Positions 26,751 through 40,310 of a stretch of 64,000 bases of DNA are shown one piece after another. The notes beneath the pieces were generated by a model that was not told the DNA's origin, did not search any database, and saw only the letters and a program-made list of their open reading frames with translations. Position numbers and translations under genes: made by a program. The stretch comes from Camelus dromedarius. Taxonomy: Eukaryota. The stretch is taken from contig NC_087437.1 of assembly GCF_036321535.1 (NCBI RefSeq), positions 68,140,001 through 68,204,000 of the forward strand. Reading direction: 5' to 3'. Within the stretch, counting starts at the first letter, position 1, and each line of letters opens with the position of its first letter.

Positions 26751-29209
26751 CAGGTTGGCCCACTCTGAATTGCAAATTAAATTTCAAAAACTTTAAGTGC
26801 TTGTACTTGGAGCAGAGGGTTTTTTCTTTATTTTGAATGTTGAGTGATATTGCTCTTATCCAAAACATCACTTGTCCCTAAAGTAAGCAAAAACAAAAAC
26901 CTCTCTAAGAAAAACAATTAATTGTACCACTTAGTGGGTTGATATGAATGTACGTGCTCCGTTAGCTTGTGTATACCCTAATCAGTGATTTCACTCCTAC
27001 CCTTTTTTGCATGCCAGAGTGTTAACTGCAGTTGTCATTTAGGGTCCCTCTGGTTCAGTCATTGATAATAGTATTATGATAATACTTTGTAGGAGCCTTC
27101 AGTTTAGGGACTTAGAAAGACTGAATGCACCCTATGGATTTAAGTTTCACTGTAGCTTATTATACCATTAATTTAAGCATAATGAAATGTAATAAGCAAT
27201 ATATAATATGAAATGGTTTCTGATATTCTGATTTCTTCTCGCTCAGTCTGACACAGTATGGTGCAGTGGATCCTGGCTTCCCTTGTCTTTTCATCTTGTT
27301 GGTTCTGCTAATTCTTCCCCTGTCTCCTACAGTGTGCCCAGGATGATTGCTGGCTTTAGTCAGGATCTTTGTTACTAATTACAGAGAAACCTAAGCCTTG
27401 GCTTTAGCAATTATTCAGAGTTCAGATCTTTTCTAAAAGTGTCCTTAGCTATAGATGAAGAGGTTGACATTGTGCTTTCCATTACTTAGAGATCAAGGAT
27501 GACTTCTCTTTATTTTTGTGGAACAGATATTTTCTGAAAGTTTTAGAACATTTTCTGACGTTGTGTGCATGCAGCTGCTACCCAGAGTACTTTATTCAGC
27601 ATTGCTTCTTTTTGATCTGCCTTAATACTCTTCCCCATGTTTGGCCCAGGAGAGGGAGGTGGTGTGGGACTTATCCATCCTGTCTATGGCAGGAAGAGTC
27701 AATTCCCTGTTGGGTATGAGCTGAGCAGGATTTCTCTTGGGCAGAGACATTGTGTGATATCTGAGGAACAACATGGAACAGCCGTTTAATCTGTTCTTAC
27801 AAGGGTCTGTTTTCACACCCACAGTTGTGTATGCTACACATGTACCAAAGTTCAAGAAATTTTCCCCTCCAACTCTCCTTCAGAGCCTATTACTCCTACA
27901 TGAGATGATTTGCTTAGATGTGGTTATCTGGTTTTTTAGCCCATGGCTTTTTCCTGGCTGTCAGATTGCTTACTGTCAAAGCAGAAACCATAGCTTAAAG
28001 TTTATCACTCTAGTTGGGATCTATTAGAGTAGGACTAGCCACCCTTAAATACTGCTACAGAACTGGCTTTTACAAGGGCTATGCTTTAATTATGCAGAAG
28101 ACTTCATTTCTGTATAAACCTCCTTTTCAGATGATGTCAAAGTGCGTGAATTTCCTGCAGTTAATAATAACTTTTAAATTATGTAGGAGTTTGGCAAGTG
28201 TAACCTTTAGTAGATAAACTATACCCATAGTTGAACATTTACCCTAGCAACCAGATTTGGCCATCCAGAAAAACATCCAAAGAACTCCATGGCTGGTGTT
28301 AACAATCATTGTTTAAGGAGGATCTGACAAGACTAGTTGTGGCATTTCAGTTATTTAAATATTTTCAGTTCACCAGGTCATAGAAAGCTGACATCTGCTT
28401 CTCTATTTCCAGGTCTCTGCTTATCTTATTTTCTGTGGTATAGCTGTTCCTGTTCAGTAACACTGTGAAGTCTTAGTCATTCCAGGCATCTGTATTTGTT
28501 CTTCCGCTATCAAGGATCCACTCAGCAAAAGTCTTTCTTTGTTTTAAGGGACTTAATTAAATGGTATCTAGGTAACTGAGGGATTGCAGTAGGACCCCCT
28601 TTATGCAAACAAGGTCTAGTTATAGGGGCTTATATCTTAAAATAATGAAATTTCCTGTCCTTGGAGGGGTAGATAATTCCACACATCAGCTAGCTCAATG
28701 AGGAGCTCTTTAAAGAGGTATATGGATTAGTATACACCTCGTTCAGAATTGGCGCCTCCTGTTGTCGACCATTCCCAGCCATTGTTTCTGCTGAGACACG
28801 TATGACAGATGACATTCATATACTCAACGCACTCCCATGGGCATATCCAGATTTCAACAGAACATCACGATGTTTATAGTGAAGTCAGGTACAACAATAA
28901 TTTATAGTCAACACAGTTATTAAAGTGGTGTCAGTATATGTTGCTCCCCGTGGGTCCCTCAGAAAGGCTGGATGTTAAGTGTAAATAATTGATTTCGCTC
29001 TGGCTCTACCCTTACCCCCTTTTTAAATCACACAGGAAAGAACATACAATTCCAAGGAGTAAGAGTAGCATAAAGATAAAATTTTGAACAACTCTAAATT
29101 GTTTTTATTGTTACTTTTATTTCACAGACTTTAATATTCTATGATAAGGAGCAAATTACTTGCAACCACACACCTCACCGCCTGTGTATTCTTGTTGATT
29201 TGGAACCAC

Positions 29210-29335
29210 ATGTGCTGAGGCTGATGATTCAGTTCTGGCACTTACTCTAGGAGTGGGTAGCAAACTCTTGGAGCCTCATTCATGAAGCTGTTAAAATTCA
29301 GATAATGACCCTGACCTCACTGCAGATTAAATGAA
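29210..29335 (+). mobile_element. MIR SINE (degenerate)
   Basis: GGCACTTACT...GAGCCTCATT...TGTTAAAAT...AGATTAAATGA. Confidence 0.55.
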
Positions 29336-30189
29336 AAAATATATATATATGTTTAGTTTTATTAAGCATGCTAATGATTAGACCTTATTCTTTGGTGCTT
29401 CATGATGATACACACAGGCATGCACACACACAAACATACTTCCATTTGTTGTGCTTGGGACCTCTGTGAGATACACATGGTACATATCAATCTGACTGAT
29501 AGTGGAACAAGACTATTGTCCTTCATATTAAATAACTTGCCTAAGCTCTGTCTTTTCCCATTCCAATTTTAAATGTTCCTGAACACTCCTTGTCTCTAGC
29601 CTGTATGCTCTTGTACCCTTATATTCTTGAGAAGCTTAAGAGAATTTTTAGAACATTGGGCAATATTAGTATCTTTGCATAACAAGAAAACTGTTAAAAT
29701 TAATTTCTCTCACATTAAAAGAAATAATTTATACTAGGAGATTGGACTGGAAGAAAGAAGAAGAGAAAGAAGCAAGTAAGAAGAAAAGAGAGAGGACTAA
29801 ATATGCATTTCTATGTATAGGGAAAGGCTAATAATTAAGACTCATAGGAATTACTCCTGGGGCCAGTTTTGGCACTGTTATAAATGGTCTAGATGAGGGC
29901 ATTCACACTGAAATATCTACTAACAGCAGACACTGATAAATTATTGACCTGACTTGCTTTGCTGACAGTTTCATCTTTCTTAAGGTAGAGGATGTTACAG
30001 TGGGGAATTGCTACTTTGGGCTTATTTAATCTCATGGGAGAGCTGGCTGGAGATGTGGTAGGGAAATCCACACGGAGGCATAGCTTTATTTTATTGCGAA
30101 TGCCAAGTCTAGCTGACAATGTGAAGGCATGAGTTGGGTGATAGTAAGTGAGATATAACAATTGCTTGTTGAATCCAGAGTATTAGAAA

Positions 30190-30430
30190 TTACCATCAAC
30201 CTGGAAAGACCTCTCAGAGGGCCCAACTTTAACAAGGCATGACCTTAGTCAAGATTTTTATCAATGTTATTAACTATGTCATAGAAGTAACTTATCAGTT
30301 GTAGATGATAATGTGACAGGAGGTGAATATAAATAATGCATTAATGAAAGACTTAAGACTTAAAACAATCTTGACAGGCTAAACTCTGGGGCCAAAACAA
30401 ACATGATAAAGATATATGTCCAGAAGATAA
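30190..30430 (+). mobile_element. L3/CR1 LINE fragment (RT region)
   Basis: TCAGTTGTAGATGA... and AATCTTGACAGGCTAAACTCTGGGGCCAAAACAAACATGATAAA resemble the CR1 FADD...DLDRLxxWA region. Confidence 0.55.
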
Positions 30431-30469
30431 GTTTTTAAAAAAATTCCATGATGCCTGGTGATGTCGGGA

Positions 30470-30990
30470 TGTTGCTGATGGAATTATAAATTAGTTTGAT
30501 CTTCCTGGAGGGAAAAGTGGAGATGTACAACCGAAGTTGTAAAGTATTTATGACTTTTAAACTGGGTACTGTACTTGAGAGATGTACTCTAAGGAAATCA
30601 TCAGGAAAATGTTTAATGACAGACAAGCAAATAAGAGCAAAAACATGAATAGTCGATTGGTCAAACAAATTATAGCACTACAATGGTGAAATACGAAGCA
30701 GTCATCAAAATTATGTGGTAAACATCTATTTACTGACATGCAAATATGTTATGATAAAGCAGATAAAATGACTACAGGTGAATATTATATACTTAATTTT
30801 TATAAGATGAAGTTTTGGTATATGTAGACATGCAAATATACGAAAACAAAAGTGCATGGAGGGATATCCAGGAATATGTCAGTGGTTTTTGCAGTTGATA
30901 ATTTAGGAATGAGACTTTCTTCTTTATGCTTATCAGTGTCTTCTAATTTTTCATAACATAGATGTATTGATTGTGTGATAGAAATGTTAT
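30470..30990 (+). mobile_element. Old L1ME-like 3' end, interrupting the L3 element
   Basis: TTGGTCAAACAAATTATAGCAC...TGAAATACGAAGCAGTCATCAAAA and later 3'UTR-type sequence. Confidence 0.6.
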
Positions 30991-31079
30991 CCGAAAAATG
31001 TAAGATTGAGATGGCTTCTATTTCAAGTGAATAATTTTCTGGGTTATTTGGAGGACGAAAGTTAACCACCAGAGTGATA

Positions 31080-31500
31080 GAGCAGCTCACAAAAGAGTGC
31101 AATTAGATTGCATAAATAATAATAAAGTTGTAATGGGGGTTGGTAGGAGACAAGTGACACAGAGCTGTAAACCCACACCATCATGTGGTATTCCGTTACA
31201 GGAACCATGTTTAAATAAGAACTCTAACAATATATGTAATTCAAAGGAAGGGAACTTGTCATGTAAAGAAAAATTGTATAGCTCAAAGTGTTTAGCCTGC
31301 AGAACTGATAACTTGGGGATCTGAAGAAGACAAGTCACGCTAATTGTGCTTAAGTATTTGAAGGATAACAGCATGAAATAAATTTTGATCATCTATGCAG
31401 AGCTTTAAATAAAAGACTTGGACAAATGGGTGGAAGATTCAAAGGAGATATTCAGAAGGATTTCCTAATGTCTAGAAAACTGTGTATCAGGCTAGAGTAG
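31080..31500 (+). mobile_element. L3/CR1 LINE 3' fragment
   Basis: TCATGTAAAGAAAAATTG...GTGTTTAGCCTGCAGAA...TTAAGTATTTGAAGG resembles CR1 SYEERL..LFSLE..FKYLKG. Confidence 0.6.
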
Positions 31501-31529
31501 AATTAAATGCATTCCCCACTGTTGGCCTA

Positions 31530-32090
31530 TCATTTTGGATCCTCTCTGATACAAATGATTGAAAACACTGTTCCAAATTACATTAATCAGAAGGAGAATG
31601 CATTGTCTGAGAAATGGCCATTTTAGTCTAGTCTCAGTCATGCAGAGACTATATGTATGGGTCTGATGATACCCACAGCACCTACTTCCTCTCCTTTCTT
31701 GTGGTTTCATTCTGAAAGTTCAGTTTCATGATAGCAAGATGGCTATAGCTCTTTAGCATGTTCATCCTCTATTTTACATTCAGAGGAAAGAACATTATCA
31801 TCAACAGTAAAGTGAAAAATCCAAATCTGATTCCCCTTAGCCATAGTTGGCTCCTGTTCCCATTCCTAAACCAGTTACTACGAACAGGGCAGAGGTGTGT
31901 AGGAGAGTTGTTTTATTAAGCCAATCAGGCCCTACCATTTCCCTTTAGTAGAGGATCAGGTCAAGTTCAGGCAAACCACTGGGGCTGAGGATACAGAGGA
32001 GTAGTTTCTGAAAGGTAATTCAGGCTAATCTTTTGTCAAGAAAACAGATGAGTAGACAATAGACTGCAAAAACGACAGATGTCTATTAAA
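31530..32090 (-). mobile_element. MaLR LTR (MLT1J/K-like)
   Basis: GCAAGATGGCT...TCTGATT...CCCATTCCTAAACCAGTTACT, the antisense MLT1 pattern. Confidence 0.55.
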
Positions 32091-32501
32091 ACTAGGATGA
32101 CAAGTGTAACTGGATGATTTCTTAGCTTCTCTCCAAAGCCAGTATTCTATGAGACTGCAATTTCAGTTTGCAGTTGGTACTAAGATTTGCAGGGAGAGAA
32201 ATATAAAAGGAGAAACAGAAGGAATTGTTCATGAACTCCATGAAGATATTACCAGTCTGCAAGAAAATATGTGAAAAGCAATGATATTAAAGGGGGAAAC
32301 AACTTAGAACATAGAAACTTCTCCATAGTTGTGAGATTTTGAATTTTGGGAAAAAGAGAGAGAGAGAGAGAGAGGGAGAGATTCTGTCAGTTAAGATAAA
32401 TCTCTACCCCGAAGCATTCTGTCTTTACTTAAGTATGTATTTTGTACAGGGACAATGAAGGATCTGTGTTTTTCCCTCCTTATAGAACACCCAGCCACAC
32501 A

Positions 32502-32507
32502 CGCTTG

Positions 32508-32536
<29 letters not shown>
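32502..32536. repeat. (CA)n microsatellite; (GA)n nearby at 32355-32380
   Basis: Seen directly. Confidence 0.95.
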
Positions 32537-32539
<3 letters not shown>

Positions 32540-33719
32540 TGCCTAGCAGTATGCAAAAGAGAAAGAAGCAGCTATCGCTACAAAACAGAACCACCACCTC
32601 CCCCATACTTTGCATATTCCCATGCCTGGAAAATGTGATCAATCATAGATTATTTAGGTTTGAGAAATGCCTTTCAAAATTCATATGACCCCTGGAAGGG
32701 TTAAGATTCATTCACAGTCACAGTAAAATGTTTTAATCAGATAATCAGATCACCAGTTTCTCAGGGCTGCCAGCTCAGCAGAATTTCTTCTGCAAATTCT
32801 TGATTTTCCTTTGCAAGTGGGAGAAGACTAGGGAGGGCAAGTGTTTGGGAGCTGATGTGATTTGGGATACACCTTGGGCAGCCAACAGACCACGTAAAGA
32901 AATGTAGGAGAATACAAATGGAGGGACAAAAACTAGAAGCCAGGGATTTAGAAAGATGGTAACAAAGACAATTATGCCTAGAACCTTCTCAACTCTATTA
33001 TGGACCAGCCGGAAATAATGAGTATCTCCTCCCGAGTCACTGCAGCTCCTCCAATGTCCCATCATCTAATCCCTACCCTTTTTCCTCCAAGATTTTAAGA
33101 TGCAAGGAGGAAGGAAAGAATAAATAGGCTTAGCCTGACTCTATCTTCTATATTATTTCAGGTTGTAAACCCTGTGATTTGCCTTTTTTTAGGATAAGTA
33201 CATGGCATTCCTCAGGAACCCCAAGGGCAATACCTTTGTACAAAACCTTAGTTCATCTGCACTGTATGAGGTTCTGGTTGATGAACCTTAAAAGAGAGGA
33301 AATGGAGCTAGAAAAGAGCAGATCAAATGATGAAAGGGATAAAATAGGGTGCTATATGAGAGCTGATTAAAAGGATGACTTTCCTTCATGCTGACCTCCA
33401 CAGAAGTGTGAAGGACACAGGAAAGATAAACAAAGACTAGAAGGCCTGCCCCTGTGGTACCAGAACGGTGGGAAAGCTGCAGGAGTTATGGGTGGCTCTG
33501 TACGTAGCAGGGATACGTTTATGCAATTCCTCACTCTTAGGCAGTAGTATAAACTAAGTCAACTTAAATAGGTTTTGATAAGGTCGTAGTTGGTAAAACC
33601 CATAATGAGTTAGCAAAACAGGCCACATGATATTTATGAGTGCTTCCTTGATTTTGGATGTGGATACCTTAAAATTGTGGTCTTCAAACCTGATTGATCA
33701 TCAGACTGCCCTGGGGGGT

Positions 33720-34135
33720 ACTTTCATACTGAGTGAAATAAGACAGAAAGAGAAAGGCTGATACCATCTGATATCACTTATATGTGGAATCTAAAAAAAT
33801 GAGACAAATGAACTTATTTACAAAGCAGAAACAGACTCACAGACATAGAAAACAAACTTGTAGTTACCAAGGAGAAAGGTGGGGGGGTGGAGGCATAAAT
33901 GGGGAGTTCAGGATTTGCAGATACTAACTACTGTATATAAAATAGATAAACAGCAAAGTCCTACTGTATTCAATACCATGTAATACCCTATAATGAAAAA
34001 ATGAAAAAAAAATATATATACATATATAAATATATAATACACACATATATATAAAAACTGAACCACTATACTGTACACCAGAAATTGACACAATATTGTA
34101 AGCCAACTAACTATACTTCAATAAAAAAATAAAAA
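33720..34135 (+). mobile_element. 5'-truncated LINE-1 3' end (cetartiodactyl-type 3'UTR)
   Basis: CATACTGAGTGAAATAAGACAG...TATGTGGAATCTAAAAAA...ACAGACTCACAGACATAGAAAACAAACT...CTATACTTCAATAAAAAA. Confidence 0.9.
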
Positions 34136-34228
34136 CTACATACAGATTCCATAGCCCTATTTGAGAATTCAAAAATAAAAAATGTCTGGGAATAAGACCC
34201 TAAAATTTATATTTTAAAAAGATTGTGT

Positions 34229-34396
34229 GGGCAGGGTATACCTCAGTGAGGGGAGAGCAAATCTCAGTAGTGGGGAGGGTATAGTAGTGGGTAGAATTTG
34301 TGCTTAGCATGCATGAGGTCCTGCGTTCATTCCCTAGTATCTCCATTAAAAAAAAAAAATAAGTAAACCTAATTAACTTCTCCCCCCACCCCCAAA
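34229..34396 (+). mobile_element. Camelid vic-1-like SINE with reiterated 5' head
   Basis: GGGGAGGGTATAG...GCTTAGCATGCATGAGGTCCTGCGTTCATTCCC...AAACCTAATTA; same family as the copy at 1015-1160. Confidence 0.88.
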
Positions 34397-34479
34397 TCAA
34401 GTAAAGGGTTGTCCAATTGATTCTGATGTTCATAGGATTTGGGAATCCTGGCCTAGAAGCTGACCCTCCTACCCTGAAG

Positions 34480-34660
34480 GCAGCGTGATGTGATGAGGAA
34501 GTACCATGGCCTATGGGATCATGCCAACCTGGATTTAAATTCTGACTGCTATATTTCAGAGTGTGACTTGGTCAAGTTACCTACCCTCTCTGAGCCTGAA
34601 CCTATCTTATAGGGTTGGATATAAAGGCTCTGATACACATTAGTGCTAAATAAATGTCCT
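34480..34660 (+). mobile_element. MIR SINE
   Basis: CCTGGATTTAAATTCTGACT...GTGTGACTTGGTCAAGTTACCTACCCTCTCTGAGCCT. Confidence 0.75.
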
Positions 34661-36039
34661 ATGCCTCACTGCCCCAGCCTCCAGCCAGGTGTTGTGGATT
34701 GCCAAACACAGAATCCTGGGATAGTGAAATTAGGAGTTTAAGAACATGGATAGTTTTCATGCATCCAGGTGCTTGTCTTTGAGAGGGAGAGAAGACAGTT
34801 TGATAGAAAGGAGTGAATGTAGACATGCCATGTTTCCCCCTCTGCTTTAGCTCTACTGTATTTCTGGTTTAAAAGTAGAAGGAAGAAGAGGTATATGATT
34901 CAGAACTATCGGTTCCAGTTACTGGCTTCACGATGTTCTTAGATCACTTGTCAATATTTTGGATTTGGGGTTCCTGTTGAAGTCTGTACCATTTAAGATA
35001 AGTTTATTGATACTTCTGTTAAATTGAAACCCAAGGGAAAAACAAATCAGTGAGGTTCTCAAAATGTACGTGAACACCTATTGGGTTGGTGTGTGCCAGA
35101 GCAGCTGGTGAAAAAAAAGCAGATTCCCCACCAACTCTCAGTAAAGATCTTGTGAAAAACGAGCAGAGAAGAAAACCTAGAAATGGGAGTGGATGAATAA
35201 GAAGGGGCTTCCTTCAAGAAGCAGGTACAAGTGAGGCGAATGCTGGTGTCCTGAGTAAAGAAAAGGAAAGCCAACTGCCAGGCTTCTGCTGAGTGGGCTG
35301 CAGAGAAATGTGAGCTAATCGGAGATGCAGGGTGGAGCCCAGCTGTAGCTCTGCTCTCCTCCCCCCTGATTGTGGGCTGGTCCTGGGTCTTGGGGACACA
35401 GATGTTTGCAAGCCCCAGTTCTTTGAGTGGAAACAAAGACTCGTAGGGAGAGATCTGCCTTGGGGCTGAGCAGGGAGGAATGTGGAGGCACTGAGTCTTA
35501 CCCAGTGCCATCCCAGAGGATGGTGTGTCTGTTTTCCGAACCCTCTCTCCTCATTTGGAGTCCATCAGGGGATTCTATTCAGCAGTCTCTTTGGTGTACC
35601 TGTTACTGTCTCAGGCCCCTGGCTAGTTACTCAGGAAGATTTGCATCTAACAGAATACAGAACAGGAATGTTCCTGTTAAATTGGAATTGGGGTCAGCAC
35701 CCAAAGCACAGGTCAAAAGGTGCTAAATATTTGTATTCCAGGTTCTGAGAGTCACCAGCTGCTGTGATTGACACTGCCCGAAAGAACTTTCCGAGGAGGG
35801 CTCTCTGAAACCCTAAGTGGAAACCTGGAGTTAGGAAATCAAAACATGTTTGAAACAGTTTCCAGTTTAAGTAGCAGGGGAGGGGATGAGAGGAAAGGTC
35901 TAAAGGAAAGAGGAGCAGCTCTTAAGCAGTTCTTACTTAATTTGGAAGAGAAGTAAGGGATACATTGTCATCTGTCCTCTGTTTTGAGAAAAGAAATCTA
36001 GACTTGTATTAGACCTGTTTTGTTTCAATTCTTCATTAT

Positions 36040-36174
36040 ACAAGATTCATAACATATACACCCTACTATATATAAAATAGATAAACAACAAGGACCTCTC
36101 TATAGCACAATGAACTATATATTCAATGTCTTCTAACAACCTATAATGGAAAAGAATTTGAAAAAGAATATATG

Positions 36175-36215
<41 letters not shown>

Positions 36216-36300
36216 ACACACACATATATATAACTGTATCATTGTGCTATACACCTGAAACTAACACACTATGAATCAACTATACTTAAATTAAAAAAAA
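36040..36300 (+). mobile_element. LINE-1 3'UTR fragment containing a (CA)n at 36178-36223
   Basis: CTATATATAAAATAGATAAACAACAAGGACCT...ACACCTGAAACTAACAC...AATCAACTATACTT, plus an A tail. Confidence 0.88.
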
Positions 36301-36654
36301 TTTAAGATACATAGATGTACTTAATTCTAAAATTGGAATATTAAAGAGAAACATAAAACCCCTTTACCAGAACCCTAAGCTAAATATATATACATGCACA
36401 TACACACAGATACACATCACACACATACATATAGATATACATAGATATATACACTGAAATATGCAAACATAAAAATATACAGATGTGTGTAGATATATAC
36501 ACACACACAATCTCCTTAAATATCCATAACAGAGCATGATGTAATGTGATATTGTGATTTTTTTTTCTAATGTGGCTTTTTAGTATTATTCCATATGTCT
36601 TTTTTTTAATAGCAAATAATTTTTTTGATCTATATATTTCAAGACTGGTCGGAA

Positions 36655-36880
36655 GAAACAGAGCATATTTTTAAGAGCCTGGATTGTGGATCCAGACTTC
36701 CTGGCTGTGACCTTGTACACGCTATTAATGTTTCCATTCCCCAGTTCTTCATCTGTAAAATTGGGATATAATAGGATCTAGCTCACAGGTTTGCTGTGAT
36801 AATTAAATGAGTTAATACAGGAAAACCACTTAGAACAGGGCCTGACAAATTGTGGGAGCTATATACATTTTACAAATTGA
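36655..36880 (+). mobile_element. MIR SINE
   Basis: GCTGTGACCTTG...CAGTTCTTCATCTGTAAAATTGGGATA...ATTAAATGAGTTAATAC...CTTAGAACAGGGCCTGACA. Confidence 0.85.
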
Positions 36881-39800
36881 TGATGTTCATTCTTTACTAA
36901 AGTAAATTCTAACATACGAATATATTGTATTTTGTTTAGCGATTCCCCTACTGATTGACATACTGACTCTTCTAATTATGTGTTATTACAAATGATCCTG
37001 CAGTAAATGTTAGATCAATTTATAATGCATGTTTTTGGAACATGTGTTACAACTAGTATGGCAAGTGCTACTGTTGTAATGCCTGCTTTTGAAATCATAT
37101 TGATGCTAAGAATTTAATGTAACTTCTTCCTGATTTACACACTTGAGCTCATTTTTCCCATCTCTGAAATGACTTGAGAGAAGCTGTATCCTAAAGATTT
37201 AATGAGGTTATGTCCCTTTTAACTGTCAAGAGCTCCCCATTCTTTACACTGATATTCTTTTGAATTGTTGATAATTAATCAGGAACATCAGTGGTGAAAT
37301 GTCACATAGATATCACTCCAACCCTTCGATCTGTAGCTTTAAAGGAAGGATTTTCTCCCTCTCTGCCAGCCCTGTCATTGCCAGGCTTCCCTCTTATTAA
37401 CCTTGAAGTCACACAGAACAGCCTCTCCTGTGATTTCATCATATCTCCCATCTAAAGAGATGCTATCACACTCCAAAAAAATAAATTAAAAGAACTACAT
37501 CACCCCCACACAGAGGCAGGTCACAGGTTTAATTTTTTTTTCGCCCAGTGGGATTCCTTGCCCCACCTGTCACAGATAGGACTTTACAGACTTCACCGTG
37601 GGCTTTATGTCACATCAGTTTGTGTCAAACATTTTAATTTTAAAAGTTGTTGATGAAATTCTTTTTTTTCTGATGAGGCCTGTCTTCTTTGAGCTTTATA
37701 GAAAATAAGTTATCTGCTTCTTTTAAAATATTTTGTCAACCTCACAATAGTGATAACTGTATTAATGAAAATGGTGAAACACATTTTTATAAAATCTTTC
37801 CAGTGTCTCTATAATCTACACAAAGTGGGAAAACATCTTTGTCAGGTGTATATTAAAAAATAAAAAATCCCCCAGTGCAGCTTTCCTTCGGTTTTGCCTA
37901 GTTGTTGGCATACAGGGCTGATTCCTGGCAAGATGATGAAGGCTGTGGAGTTTGACCTCAGCATCCTGGCCTTTCTCTTCATTGCTCCCCTTGACTCTTC
38001 TGGTTTGCAAATGTTCCCCTGTTTCAGAATCATGAGGCAGTGGAAGAATTTCCAGGAAAGGGGCAACAATTAGCAAGAAAGGAGAGTTGGGGGAGACGCA
38101 GCAGCCAGAACATGATCTTGGCATGGGATAAAGGCCAGTTCACCTGAATTGACCAAGTGGAACGGTTGTCAGAAGGATATGTTTGAGTCAATGCAGAGGT
38201 CTGTGTTATTTCTAAAGCATCAGACACTTGGTTTAACCAAAGCTGAATGTCAGAGCAGACTGAGGAACAGCCTTCAGGGTAGGTTTGCAAATGAGAAGCT
38301 TCCAAGTTTGGACTGGAACTTAATACAGGTCCATAGAACCTGGATCCAGCAGGTGTCAAGTCTGCAAAACGCAGAATTCTGGAACACATGAAGGTCAAGG
38401 GTCAGGCCTCAACAGCTGGCATATTGGCTGTGTCATGGCAAGTTGTTATTGACAATTTCATTCTTATTTTTAATTGGTTGATGAAGGGAGTTCCCTTTCA
38501 CTCAATTTTATAAAATTCCTGTGTCTTAAGAGTTCCTAGGGAATTTAGGACAGATTTCTCCTCTTTAGCCGTCATTGGTCCCTTCCATGACTGGTGGGGC
38601 CCCTGCTGCAATGCTGTGTTTTAGACCAGTGCTGGCACTTTCTATAGACTGAATATTGGAGGCTGGGATACCCCTCAGAGAAATCCTTCAGTCCTGCTAG
38701 ACATACAGCCATCACTGCTCTTCTTCCCACTCTAAAGCTTCAAACATTACTGGACTGCCGATCCATTCCACTCCTTCCCACCTCAGTGCCTTCTCTGGGT
38801 CAGAGTGAAGTTACCCTGTCTGTTACAGCATAGCCTTGTCCCATCCAAGTAGCCGCCTCCGTCCCTCCCATTCTGGGAGGACTCTTTGGTTATCCTTTCA
38901 GAGTCTCACTTCCACAACCAAGGTTTGCACCTTGGCATTAAAAAAACTATCAATACCTACTGAAGACAAAGAAATGTGGAGTTAGGAACAGATCTTAGTT
39001 CTTCTTGTAAAAAGGAGAAAACTTTTTCATTCATTTTGATTGTTCCACTTGGATATACATCATGGATCTGTCAAGAACTCCCCTGTCATATATATTTGCC
39101 TTTTCAGCTTTTTCCGCTGGTGAACTGAGAGATTTCTACCCTTTACTTGTAAAGGTTTTGAGTCAGGAAAAGGATGGGGAAATTCCATGGGGCTTTATTT
39201 ATTTATTTAGTCTCGTTTCCATTTGAAGTCACTCTACACCTACCAGCCTAGCATGGAGATTAAATATGATTCAGTCATTAGGGTTCTGGAAAAAAGTCAT
39301 AAATGATGACAGTCTATAGGACTGGACTTACTTAAGGTTCCTAGAGGTCTTGTCCTATGACTTCCTGAGAGTGGAACTTTTTTTCCCCAGTATCTGGAGT
39401 CCTTTCTGCTTCTATCATGACATTGTCCAGAAGGCTCTTCTGTTTCAGTAGTCCCCTCACGTTCCTCATCCTACCTCAACGTCAAGACAAACCTTCATCT
39501 TCCAACTCTCTCCCACCATTTATAGGTATTTATTTTGCATCTTCTTGCACATTTTAATTTTTTTGGATAACGTTCATGCATTTTTAAACAGTAGACTGCC
39601 ATTTCAGACATCCCAGGACATTTGCTCTTTATATTATCCCTGCTTTTATTTCTAAAGGTTCTGACAAAAAGATGAATTATAATTCATTTTCTGTATTAAT
39701 GAAGATGTTTAAACCAACTTCGATCCAAATTAAAATGAAAAGGTTCTAGCCTATTTAAAAACTGAAAAGGTAAGCCACAAGGTCATCATTGATAAATTTT

Positions 39801-40094
39801 AAACTGAAGTAGGTAGTAAAACACCTGCAGAATAGATCTTGGCCCAGGAATCAGCATTTTAATCATCCCAGCTAATTTTGACCTGAGTGATATTTGAATC
39901 TTACTTTGTGAAGTATCACAATGTTTCCTGTTCTCACATAAACATTGTTGCTAGATGAGTGAGTCTTTAAGCTAATCTACTCTCTTGCAGTGCAAAGGGA
40001 GTTACAGTGTTAGATGAAGCATAGTACTATAAAATGTTCTTTTTGGTAAACTTAACAGAGGCGTTTTTTTACACCGTGTGGAGATGGATGTAGA

Positions 40095-40310
40095 GAGACA
40101 CAAGATACTGGTGTCTGAACAACCTGAGCCCTGATTGCTGCTCTGCTGATACTTTTGTGTGTTGTTTGGCAAGTCATGTCCTTCTTCCAGTGTCAGTCAC
40201 TTTATCTGTAAAATGATGACAATAATGATACTTTATAGGGTTGCTGGGATGACATGCATTAACATTGGGAAATCACTTAGTAGACTTTCTAGCACATAGT
40301 AGGATTTTTG
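40095..40310 (+). mobile_element. MIR SINE
   Basis: GGCAAGTCA...ATCTGTAAAATGATGACAATAAT...TAGGGTTGCTGGGAT...GCACATAGTAGG. Confidence 0.75.

Larger units (their letters stand above)
33678..34455. mobile_element. MER5B-like element split by nested L1 and SINE insertions
   Basis: Three pieces: GGTCTTCAAACCTGATTGATCATCAGACTGCCCTGGGG (33678-33718), ATACAGATTCC...ATATTTTAAAAAG (~34138-34221) and TGATTCTGATG...TTTGGGAATCCTG (~34418-34455). Confidence 0.65.

Noticed and set aside
34690..35750. Possible ancient LTR-like sequence (also 37870-38440)
   Set aside because: I could not assign a family or boundaries by eye; it needs a Dfam search.
38883..38895. TCTTTGGTTATC, matching the 5' half of miR-9
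   Set aside because: The match stops after about 12 nt and no hairpin partner is visible.
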